DNA from: Limisphaerales bacterium
GTDB lineage: Bacteria > Verrucomicrobiota > Verrucomicrobiia > Limisphaerales > JAJOIW01
Assembly (NCBI GenBank): GCA_965657355.1
Contig: CBFHOE010000001.1
Span: forward strand, 575,705-594,323
DNA length: 18,619 nt
Direction: 5' to 3'
The notes below the pieces were generated by a model. The model was not told the origin of the DNA and made no database searches. It was given only the letters and a program-made list of their open reading frames with translations. Below are positions 1 to 8,170 of the stretch, piece by piece (position 1 is the first letter of the stretch; each line of letters opens with the position of its first letter). Position numbers and translations under genes: made by a program.

Positions 1-70
1 AGTCAAAAAATACCACAAGCTTCTAAAAAACTATAAGAAAAATGACAAAATATATTACTTTTTTGCCAAA

Positions 71-820
71 TTATTGGTCTGTGAAAGATTTTACTTTTTC
101 AGGGTCCACCTGATTTAAGCTAAATTCAGGTGGATAGAGTGCGCTTCCCATAAAGCATCTATCATTTCGAAACACCATTTTACTTTCGATAGATGAAGAG
201 GCCGTCATGTGATACGCCGGGGCCTCGATAAAACTCCGTATTTTTTCGAAATTTCTCTGATTAATCCCACATCCAGCCATGATGGATATCGAATCTCCTG
301 CTTGCGCGACAAGCTTCTGGAGAACATCCAATCCTTCGAGGACCGATGGCTCACCGCCGGAGGTAAGAATTCTGTCAACGGCGCCTAAGGATTTGAGAGT
401 ATCAAGGGATTGAAATAAATCATTTGAGACGTCAAAAGCACGATGGAAAGTTATCTTCGTCCTACCATTAACTTTGTCTATGAGCTTTTTAGTATTGTCG
501 ACGTCAATTGATCCATCGGAATTTAAAAGACCGAAAACTATTGTGTCAGCTCCCAAGTCGATTGCCATTTCTATGTCTTGCTCCATTATTTTTACCTCAA
601 GATCGGAATAAAGAAAATCGCCACCTCTTGGACGCATCATAACGGCCAATTCAATATCTATATTTTGACGAGCTGATTTAATGGCTCCAAAGCTTGGAGT
701 CGTTCCCCCTTCGAATAGATTGTCACATAGTTCGACTCTATCTGCCCCACCTTTTTCTGCCTCGATGCATGACTGCACTGATCCAAGGCAAATTTCTATT
801 TCGTAATCTTTTTCTTTCAT
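71..820 (-). CDS. cutC: Copper homeostasis protein CutC (TIM barrel)
   Basis: 249 aa with EIC, GADRVELCDNLFEGGTTPSFG, MMRPRGGDFLYS, TFHRAFD and RILTSGG motifs characteristic of CutC. Confidence 0.95.
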   Translation of the reverse strand: MKEKDYEIEICLGSVQSCIEAEKGGADRVELCDNLFEGGTTPSFGAIKSARQNIDIELAVMMRPRGGDFLYSDLEVKIMEQDIEMAIDLGADTIVFGLLNSDGSIDVDNTKKLIDKVNGRTKITFHRAFDVSNDLFQSLDTLKSLGAVDRILTSGGEPSVLEGLDVLQKLVAQAGDSISIMAGCGINQRNFEKIRSFIEAPAYHMTASSSIESKMVFRNDRCFMGSALYPPEFSLNQVDPEKVKSFTDQ

Positions 821-928
821 ACCCTTAATACTTTAACTTTGGAAGTATTTTGCAATCAAGATGTATGACTATTCAGCTGAAAGTCATATGCAATTTACAA
901 AAGGTATTTCTAATGCATATTTGCGTAA

Positions 929-1849
929 ATGATAAGGTTAGAAGATTTAGCAAAATTGGCAGATGAGAATAGGGCGGACTTAAAGATACCTGTTAATACA
1001 TTCGAAGTAGGGGGTAAATCAATTTCGTGGGACAAAAATCCAGCTACAATGGGTGTAATAAATTTTTCTTCAGAATCCTGGTATCGTGAAAGTGTTTGTC
1101 TCAATAACGATATGGCCCTAAAACGAGCTAGAATTCTTAAAAGTCAGGGCGCAGATTTTTTAGATATAGGTGTGGAATCGACATTAGAATATGCACAAAT
1201 CGTTACTGGAGCTGAGCAAATAAAATCTATTGAGCCATTTTTAAAATCTTGTTTCGAGGAAGAAATTCCAATTTCCATTGAGTCATACCATACGAAAGTT
1301 ATCGAAAAATCTCTTGAATTGGGTGCAAGCATTATAAACCTGACGGGTAATACCTTTAACGAAGATATTTATAAAATTGTCAGCGATTTCGATGCGGCCG
1401 TCATTCTTTGTTTCGTTGATGGCCCTGACGTCAGGAACGTTGGTGAACTCAGTATTTTAGACAACCCTATTCCATCATTAGTGGACTACTTTGAACGCTG
1501 CCTTGAGTTGGCTCAGAAACAGGGTGTTCGGAAAATATTCATAGACCCAGGAATGGGCTTTTATTACTCCAATATAAAGGACTCCCGAAAGCGGATCCAT
1601 TACCAGACATCCATTTTCCTTGAGTCATTCAGGCTGCGAAAACTAGGATTTCCCATATGCCATGCGCTGCCTCATGCTTTTGAATGCTTCGGAGACGAGG
1701 TAAGATCTTCTGAAGCTTATTTTGCTGTCTTGGCAACTTTAGGAGGAGCTAATCTTTTGAGAACGCATGAAATCCCCAAAATAAAAGCAGTCCTGGAAAC
1801 AATGAATGCTTTCTCGGGATTAAAAAATAATATGGCGGAAGGGCTGTAA
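929..1849 (+). CDS. Dihydropteroate synthase-like pterin-binding TIM-barrel protein (divergent)
   Basis: MGVIN, GADFLDIGVEST, IFIDPGMGF and LLRTHE follow the FolP/DHPS motif order, but several canonical motifs are altered (see findings), so no gene symbol is assigned. Confidence 0.8.
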   Translation: MIRLEDLAKLADENRADLKIPVNTFEVGGKSISWDKNPATMGVINFSSESWYRESVCLNNDMALKRARILKSQGADFLDIGVESTLEYAQIVTGAEQIKSIEPFLKSCFEEEIPISIESYHTKVIEKSLELGASIINLTGNTFNEDIYKIVSDFDAAVILCFVDGPDVRNVGELSILDNPIPSLVDYFERCLELAQKQGVRKIFIDPGMGFYYSNIKDSRKRIHYQTSIFLESFRLRKLGFPICHALPHAFECFGDEVRSSEAYFAVLATLGGANLLRTHEIPKIKAVLETMNAFSGLKNNMAEGL

Positions 1850-2242
1850 GCCGAATTCTGTCTTCGCCAACCTCATGGATCGACGGAGGAGACCATTTAT
1901 CTAAGCGGTCTAACCCGGAACTTTTTTTGGTTCAGTGAACCAATGACGAGACGGGCAGCCTCTACGTTCCCTATTTGGCCTTGCACCGGATGGGGTTTAC
2001 CATGCCCTTTTGATTACTCTCAAGGCGGTGGGCTCTTACCCCACCTTTTCACCCTTACCATTTGCGAATTGGCGGTATATTTTCTGTGGCACTTTCCTTT
2101 GAATGAGATGTAAATCTCAAACCACCGCATTTATCCCCGCATAAAGCGAGGTTACGCGGCATCCTGCCCTTTGGAGTTCGGACTTTCCTCCCGGTTTTCA
2201 TCAATAATGAATTCTACCGAGCGGCCTCCCGCCCTTCCACCA
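1833..2242 (-). ncRNA. rnpB: Bacterial RNase P RNA
   Basis: Minus strand has GAGGAAAGUCCGAACUCC (2190-2173) and ACAGAAUUCGGCUUAC (1861-1846), the P4 signatures, with compensatory CCGAA/UUCGG pairing. P1 helix UGGUGGAAGGGC (2242-2231) pairs with GCCCUUCCGCCA (1844-1833). About 410 nt, GC-richer than the flanks, no long ORF. Confidence 0.97.
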
Positions 2243-2249
2243 GGTTAAA

Positions 2250-2279
2250 ACTCTATATGATTTTGAGCGAAATTATCAA
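2250..2279 (-). promoter_or_regulatory. Putative sigma70 promoter of rnpB
   Basis: Minus strand TTGATA (2279-2274), 18-nt spacer, TAGAGT (2255-2250), ending 7 nt before the first P1 nucleotide (2242). The -35 box overlaps the TGA stop of the upstream gene. Confidence 0.55.
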
Positions 2280-3004
2280 ACCCCTTCTGGAAGTTCCATC
2301 CCGGGAAGGTAGTAAAGGAGTCGGCCACAATTTGGGCAAGTGGATATTTCTTGGTTTCCCTTTGCTTGAACCACAGCTGCTGTCGTGAGCTTCATATGAC
2401 ATCCCCCACACATGCCCCTTTCAACACCAACTAGGACAGTTCCGGCCTTTCTTTGGAATAACCTTTCATATGTTTTTAGGACCCTCTCTTCAACTATTTG
2501 GGATTGCTCATCTCTCTGCTTCTGGTAATCCGCCAAAGTTTGCGTCAAATATTGATACTTTTTATCAGATTCTGAAATTTCTTCCTTAACCTTTTCAGCA
2601 AGCTCATTGGCATTTGCCTTGGACTTTATGACTACTTTCTGAGCTTCTTCAATATTCTCCATAACCTCAAGAAGTTTGTCTTCAGTCTCGGCGATGAGAG
2701 CTTTACAGTGTTCTATCTCTTTGGCGAGGGCCTGATATTCTTCGTTTTTTTTGGTTTCTAACTGTTGATGGGAATATTTTCTAATCTTCTCATCTTGGGC
2801 TGCGATATCGATTTCCAGCTGTTTTTGGCTGGATTGAGTGACAGCTAGTCGTTCTTGTGCCGACTTATATTCGGTTTGGGTATCTTCGAGCCTAGAATTT
2901 AAAAAATTTTTATGCGGCCCGATAGCATCAAGATCGCTCTTGTGCTGTATGATTTTTTTATCCCAATCCTGTAATTTCAGGAGTTCTTCAATACTTTTTA
3001 ACAT
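2276..3004 (-). CDS. Coiled-coil protein with C-terminal C4 zinc ribbon (DUF164 / CT398-HP0958-like)
   Basis: Starts LLKLQDWD, long coiled coil with KKNEEYQALAKEIE, C-terminal CGGCHM...CPNCGRLLY. This family is often found next to rnpB. Confidence 0.9.
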   Translation of the reverse strand: MLKSIEELLKLQDWDKKIIQHKSDLDAIGPHKNFLNSRLEDTQTEYKSAQERLAVTQSSQKQLEIDIAAQDEKIRKYSHQQLETKKNEEYQALAKEIEHCKALIAETEDKLLEVMENIEEAQKVVIKSKANANELAEKVKEEISESDKKYQYLTQTLADYQKQRDEQSQIVEERVLKTYERLFQRKAGTVLVGVERGMCGGCHMKLTTAAVVQAKGNQEISTCPNCGRLLYYLPGMELPEGV

Positions 3005-3134
3005 TTAAAATTGGCTGAGAGAAGGTCTGCTCAAGAAGAATAGACAACCATGATGATCTCTGTCAATCGCCACCCACGAACACCGGACTGCGGAATTGAC
3101 CAAACCATAATAAATTGGAGATAAAAGGCTTAGT

Positions 3135-4175
3135 ATGAAAGATTTAAAAAGTCTTGGCTTTTGCATGCCAGCTGAATGGGCCCCCCACAGGGGCACCATC
3201 CTAACCTGGCCTCAGAAAAATGGATGTAGCTTTCCCCCGCCCTACGACCAAGGCATAAATGAAACATATGTGCATTTAATCGAAGTTTTATCAGAGGTAG
3301 AAGAAGTCCACATTAATTCATGGGACCAACACGAAATAAAGCTCATAGAGCATCTCCTGAAAGGCTCGCGGTCGAATCTTTCCAACGTACACATACACAG
3401 ACATCAATCCTACGAGCCATGGGCGCGAGACCATGGCCCGATCCTTCTCAAACATAAATCCAAAGGACAAGTCATTGCAACCAACTGGAAATATAATGCT
3501 TGGGGTGAGAAATACCCTCCATACGATCTCGATAATAAGATCCCACCTCAGTCGGCGATTAAGCTTGGGCTAGAGATCCACGATTTTGATATGGTTTTAG
3601 AGGGTGGCTCAATTGAAGTTAACGGTGCTGGCGATTTAATAACAACCGAGTCATGCCTACTTAATCCAAATAGGAACCCAAATTTTTCTAGGGATCAAAT
3701 TGAAGGCGCGCTCACTCGAGGGCTTGGGGTCGAAAGAATCCACTGGCTCAAGTCAGGTATTGAGGGAGATGACACGGATGGTCATATTGATGACCTAACG
3801 AGATTCATAGATAAAAACACACTCATAACTGTCGTTGAGGATAACCGAGATGATGAAAATTACCAGGCTCTACAAGATAATCTGCATCATTTAAATTCAT
3901 TCCATAATGAAAATGGAAAAAGTTTTAATGTGGTAGAACTCCCAATGCCCTCACCGATCATCCGGAATGGACAAAGGCTGCCGGCCAGTTATGCCAATTT
4001 TTACATTGCGAATGAATTAATTATATTACCAATTTTTAATGTACCGGAAGATGGGATAGCTGAGGAAATACTCCAACACAGTTTTCCTGACAGAACAGTG
4101 GTCCCTATGGATTCGAGTCAACTGATTTGGGGCCTTGGCTCATTTCATTGCATCACTCAACAAATACCCAAATAA
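3135..4175 (+). CDS. aguA: Agmatine deiminase / peptidylarginine deiminase family protein
   Basis: MPAEWAPH, WARDHGP, LEGGSI, DDTDGHID, SYANFY and GSFHCITQQ (catalytic Cys) all present. Confidence 0.93.
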   Translation: MKDLKSLGFCMPAEWAPHRGTILTWPQKNGCSFPPPYDQGINETYVHLIEVLSEVEEVHINSWDQHEIKLIEHLLKGSRSNLSNVHIHRHQSYEPWARDHGPILLKHKSKGQVIATNWKYNAWGEKYPPYDLDNKIPPQSAIKLGLEIHDFDMVLEGGSIEVNGAGDLITTESCLLNPNRNPNFSRDQIEGALTRGLGVERIHWLKSGIEGDDTDGHIDDLTRFIDKNTLITVVEDNRDDENYQALQDNLHHLNSFHNENGKSFNVVELPMPSPIIRNGQRLPASYANFYIANELIILPIFNVPEDGIAEEILQHSFPDRTVVPMDSSQLIWGLGSFHCITQQIPK

Positions 4176-4228
4176 AAGAAAGGCACAGTGATACTCATTA
4201 ATAACTTAAAAATAACTATTTCCGATTT

Positions 4229-5353
4229 TTACGTATTTTGAGAAATGATTATCTCCGTTTTATGGAATTCTTTTATACTTTTTGCTCCCACCAAGCCCAT
4301 ACAGGATGTCAAGGCGCCCACCAGATTGTCTGATCCATCATCGACCGTTGATGGCCCGTAAAGAATACTTTTTAACGCCCCACCGAGGCCCACATTGACT
4401 CTCTTATTTCTGGGAAGGTAAATATTTGGTGTAACCATCCCCCAATAGTGTCCCTTACCTGCAGCTTCGGTCGCCGATGCAAAAGCAGAACCCAGCATAA
4501 CAGCGTCAGCGCCCGCGGCCAGCGCTTTACAAATATCTCCCCCACTTTTCATACCGCCATCTGTAATAATAGGGATATATTTAGAATATTTTTTAAAAAA
4601 ATCTTCTCTTGCTGCGGAGCAATCGATAGTGGCTGTTATTTGAGGTATATTTAGGCCAAGAACACAGTTTGAGGTACTGGCAGCCCCCGGCCCGACCCCC
4701 ACTAAAATACCAGCTGCCCCTGCCTCCATGAGTTGGTAAGCAACATCATAATTGACCGTATTGCCGACGATCACTGGCAAGGGGGATTTTGAACAAATCT
4801 TCCCAATATTAAATGGCTGATATTGTGAGGAAACATGATTGGCTGAAATCACTGTATCTTGAATCACGAGAATATCGGCTCCTGCTTCAACAAGATACTC
4901 CATATACCTTTCCGCTTTCTGAGGGAGAGCACTCACAGCGACACGAATTCCAGCATCCTTAAGTTCTTTTATCCGCTTGGTAATTAATTCAACCTTTACG
5001 GGTTCGGTGTAAATTTTTTGAAGGGCGGCAGTAATTTTGTCATCACTTTTACAAACAATCTGTTCGATAATGGCCCCTGGGTTTTGGTATCTCGTTTGTA
5101 TACCATCCAAATTTAGAACCGACAATCCTCCAAGCCTGCCCATTTCTGTGCAAAATCGTGCATCAGATATCCCATCCATGGGACTCGCAATAATCGGAAT
5201 ATCAAAATCAATCGAGGTCCCATTATCGTTTTGGATACTAAAAGAAGTATTGACCTCTAGAGGGTTTAAAGTTTGGTTGCCGGGAACGAGAGAGACATCA
5301 TCAAACCCATATGCAATCCTTGCTGCGCGATTTTTTCCAATCGATTGGCCCAT
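4229..5353 (-). CDS. GuaB3-family IMP dehydrogenase-related protein (catalytic Cys position occupied by Ser)
   Basis: AYGFDDVSLVPG, PIIASPMDG, LNLDGIQTRY, GVGPGAA, PIITDGG, GADAVMLGS and WGM motifs with no CBS domains match the GuaB3 subfamily. Confidence 0.9.
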   Translation of the reverse strand: MGQSIGKNRAARIAYGFDDVSLVPGNQTLNPLEVNTSFSIQNDNGTSIDFDIPIIASPMDGISDARFCTEMGRLGGLSVLNLDGIQTRYQNPGAIIEQIVCKSDDKITAALQKIYTEPVKVELITKRIKELKDAGIRVAVSALPQKAERYMEYLVEAGADILVIQDTVISANHVSSQYQPFNIGKICSKSPLPVIVGNTVNYDVAYQLMEAGAAGILVGVGPGAASTSNCVLGLNIPQITATIDCSAAREDFFKKYSKYIPIITDGGMKSGGDICKALAAGADAVMLGSAFASATEAAGKGHYWGMVTPNIYLPRNKRVNVGLGGALKSILYGPSTVDDGSDNLVGALTSCMGLVGAKSIKEFHKTEIIISQNT

Positions 5354-5397
5354 TTCAAAAAGAAGTTATGAGTACGACTTGATTTGGCAATTTTATT

Positions 5398-5622
5398 CTA
5401 AAAATGGTACGGCGGATTGTGATCCCCGCATTCCGGGCATCTTGACCGGTCGACATCTGGATCATCCGTATAAAGACTTCGGCATCGACGGCATTTGAAA
5501 ATACGATCATGACTCGATGTTGGCTTAAACCTCTTCATTTTTGATGCATAAAACAACCAAATGACACTCAAACTTAATAAAAGCACGAGCACATATGTCA
5601 AAATGAGAAGTGAGAAATCCAT
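5398..5622 (-). CDS. Small membrane-anchored zinc-ribbon protein
   Basis: 74 aa: N-terminal hydrophobic helix, then CRRC-x14-CPEC. It fills the gap between co-oriented genes (18 nt upstream, 44 nt downstream). Confidence 0.8.
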   Translation of the reverse strand: MDFSLLILTYVLVLLLSLSVIWLFYASKMKRFKPTSSHDRIFKCRRCRSLYTDDPDVDRSRCPECGDHNPPYHF

Positions 5623-5640
5623 AAATCCAATTAAAAATGA

Positions 5641-6453
5641 TTAATTCTTAGGCAACATCTCTATATCCTTGCTGGGTTCTGCCGGAAGCCAATAAAAGCT
5701 CAATACGGCATTCCTCAAGGAGGCTGAAGAATCGTCATTTTTAAATCTGCAACGCTTAACTTGTTTTATTAACCAACCCGAGAGGTCTGAATTTTGAGTA
5801 GATTCTATAATTGATGCTCCTTCGACAAATCCCTGAGCTGTAACTCGCAGAGAAATTTTAGCAATGGCTTCATCATTTATGGGGGGAACCAAAAATTCAT
5901 CTGGATGATCAATAAGATCCTCGTTGGAAAGATCTCCAGATATTTCATATGGAAGTCCAATGACCTTTTGGTTTTGGTCTTCTAATTTGAATCGCACAGG
6001 AATATCCAGTTTGGAAGAGGCGATTTTGTTCAATTTTGGCAAACTAATGGACTCAGGCTTACGCTTTGTTATCAATTCAACTCCTGGTTGGAGGGGATAA
6101 TCGATGACGCTGGATTCCGGGATCGTCGGCTTATCGGGATGAAGACTTCTGTCTTGTAGTATGGGGGAGTTCATAATGCTCTTATTCCTCAAACTTGGAT
6201 CGGCAAAATAAGACGGGTCTAGAAATGCCGCTTGGCTAAATTTATTTGATTTAACACCTTCTCCAAACCAAACATAGCTAGCTCTTTCCGAGTTAGAAAT
6301 TTGCGAACCTTGTTTATTTGTGTTTGATGACAAAAGCGCAGTGTAATCCTCCGCCAAAAAATCCAATAAAAAAAATTGGATCGCAAACACTAAGAGACTT
6401 GCTGTTAATATCTTTAAAAAAGAAAGGAAATTTTGGACCCATTTCATTTTCAA
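5641..6453 (-). CDS. TonB/TolA-like energy transducer (single TM, Pro-containing linker, TonB_C-like domain)
   Basis: N-terminal TM helix; C-terminal LRVTAQGFVEGASIIESTQNSDLSGWLIKQVKRCRF resembles the TonB C-domain; lies directly downstream of exbB/exbD homologues. Confidence 0.6.
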   Translation of the reverse strand: MKMKWVQNFLSFLKILTASLLVFAIQFFLLDFLAEDYTALLSSNTNKQGSQISNSERASYVWFGEGVKSNKFSQAAFLDPSYFADPSLRNKSIMNSPILQDRSLHPDKPTIPESSVIDYPLQPGVELITKRKPESISLPKLNKIASSKLDIPVRFKLEDQNQKVIGLPYEISGDLSNEDLIDHPDEFLVPPINDEAIAKISLRVTAQGFVEGASIIESTQNSDLSGWLIKQVKRCRFKNDDSSASLRNAVLSFYWLPAEPSKDIEMLPKN

Positions 6454-6476
6454 TATTTCATACCAGAGTAAAAGTT

Positions 6477-6944
6477 TTATTTTTTTTCTAAGCTGCGTCC
6501 TGGCTCACTAAATATTTTTTCGGTTTGAAATGACTTCGTATGGCCTACCTGAATGACTTTTTTAAAACCTACTTCTCTCATAAGAGCCATGGCGTCATTC
6601 AGCGCCTGAAAAGAAACCATCTTGTCCGCTTGCAGCATGACCGTTTTTTCACTGTTGCTTAACTTAAGATCAGACAAACGCATTTTTAAAACCTCGCCAA
6701 GTTGCTCTCTACTCCAAAGCCCGTCCTCAAAATAATATTTTCCATCACGGTCCAGAACAACCCTCCACCGGCTGGGAGGAATAGATTCGGCGTTTTCCAT
6801 GTCGGGTAATTCAACGACTACACCAGAGGGCAAAACCATATCTCTAAAAAAAATCATAAAGATAAGTAAACAAAGAAAGACCCCGACATAGGGCAAAGGG
6901 TCGAATTGACCCGTAAATATCTTGGCTCCACGCGGAAATTTCAT
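6477..6944 (-). CDS. exbD: ExbD/TolR-family biopolymer transport protein
   Basis: Single TM (PYVGVFLCLLIFMIF), VVELP, LQADKMVSFQ...GFKKV. ATGA overlap with the upstream exbB-like gene. Confidence 0.85.
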   Translation of the reverse strand: MKFPRGAKIFTGQFDPLPYVGVFLCLLIFMIFFRDMVLPSGVVVELPDMENAESIPPSRWRVVLDRDGKYYFEDGLWSREQLGEVLKMRLSDLKLSNSEKTVMLQADKMVSFQALNDAMALMREVGFKKVIQVGHTKSFQTEKIFSEPGRSLEKK

Positions 6945-7639
6945 GATTTTGGAGAATCTTGGAGGAATGAATCACTCTGCTCATTTCCCGAAGTCATCTC
7001 GTCCTCTCTTGATTGACCAACAACCCGATCAATAGAGAGAATATTCAAGATGTCCATTGATGCTTTTTCCATGTCGATAATGATTGTATTAACACGACCA
7101 ACTAAATAATTGTATCCGGCATAACAGGGTATGGCCAATGCAATCCCCGATGCCGTGCAGATCAAAGCCTGCCATATTCCTCCCGAAACATCAGGAACAG
7201 TAACCAAGGAGCCAGCCAAACCCTCTAACTCAATGGCTTTGTATACGTCCATCAGGCCTAGAACCGTCCCCAATAATCCCATTAGTGGAGCAATTTGAGC
7301 TATTGTCGCCAGCACGTTAAGCTTAGACTCCAATCTGGGCACCTCCATGAGACCACATTCTTCAAGACCCTCTCTAATTCCATCTTTCCCTTTGGCTCTG
7401 TTAATGACAGCGGACCTTACAAGTCGGGGTATTGGTCCTGGTGTGGCTTCGCATATGGAGATTGCCTCCAAATCATTACCCATCTGCAAAACGTTTTTCA
7501 CGCCATTTACAAACTCGGATGAGTTAATTTGCACGCGGTGATAAGTTATCATTCTTTCAAGAAAAACAACCGTAGCTATAGCTCCAGTCGCACAAATGAC
7601 CCACATCATCGGTCCACCATATTCCAAAAGATCTGGCAT
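6941..7639 (-). CDS. exbB: MotA/TolQ/ExbB proton channel family protein
   Basis: GGPMMW..VFLER, LATIAQIAPLMGLLGTVLG and GGIWQALICTASGIALAIP motifs. Start moved from 7756 to the ATG at 7639 (MPDLLEYGG), which matches the family N-terminus and avoids overlap with the divergent gene. Confidence 0.92.
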   Translation of the reverse strand: MPDLLEYGGPMMWVICATGAIATVVFLERMITYHRVQINSSEFVNGVKNVLQMGNDLEAISICEATPGPIPRLVRSAVINRAKGKDGIREGLEECGLMEVPRLESKLNVLATIAQIAPLMGLLGTVLGLMDVYKAIELEGLAGSLVTVPDVSGGIWQALICTASGIALAIPCYAGYNYLVGRVNTIIIDMEKASMDILNILSIDRVVGQSREDEMTSGNEQSDSFLQDSPKS

Positions 7640-7758
7640 TATTTTTAATCTAACTGGATTTTTAGTGATTGGAAAGTATAACAAATAGCTAGCTTTATAA
7701 ACTGATAGATGAGCTATTGTTTGCGGTCTGGCATAACAATTGGCAATATGTGACACAA

Positions 7759-8151
7759 ATGCAAAATTCTAATGACCAGATAGATATGCTTTCGAAGCTT
7801 TTTGAAATGCAAAAAGCCCTCAATTTGAGAATCGGGGTAGACACCGATTCGATGACGGAAAAGGAGAAAACAGAATGGGTCCTTAATTATTCCCGTGCAA
7901 TGGGACAAGAACTAGCGGAATTAACCGATTCTGTTCCCTGGAAATGGTGGGCAAAATATCAAAAATTTGATGATCAAAATGCTCGAGTTGAAGTAGTAGA
8001 TCTTTTTCATTTTCTTATTAGCCTTGCCCAGGTTTTAGGGATGGATGCAAAAGATGTGTATGATGCCTATTGCAAAAAAAACGAAGTGAATTTTCGAAGA
8101 CAGGATTCGGGTTACTCTGAAAAAAACCATGACGACTCCAGACATATCTGA
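7759..8151 (+). CDS. Dimeric all-alpha dUTPase (dUTPase_2 / MazG-like NTP pyrophosphatase)
   Basis: LFEMQKALN, QELAELTDSVPWKWW, EVVDLFHFLIS and YCKKNEVNFRRQDSGY are dimeric dUTPase motifs. Start placed at ATG 7759; the next in-frame ATG is also possible. Confidence 0.88.
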   Translation: MQNSNDQIDMLSKLFEMQKALNLRIGVDTDSMTEKEKTEWVLNYSRAMGQELAELTDSVPWKWWAKYQKFDDQNARVEVVDLFHFLISLAQVLGMDAKDVYDAYCKKNEVNFRRQDSGYSEKNHDDSRHI

Positions 8152-8170
8152 TGGCACATCGTCGCCGGGT

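Noticed and set aside
1850..2275. GC-rich hairpin-rich gap as a possible mobile element or repeat array
   Set aside because: Fully explained by RNase P RNA and its promoter.
7729..7745. Sigma54-like TGGCAT-N5-TTGGC upstream of the dUTPase (also TGGCAC near 16029)
   Set aside because: The GG to GC spacing does not fit the strict -24/-12 geometry in either case.
7640..7758. N-terminal extensions of exbB (to 7756) and the dUTPase (from 7717) in the ORF track
   Set aside because: They would make the divergent genes overlap and do not resemble either family. ATGs at 7639 and 7759 leave a plausible 119-nt divergent promoter region.
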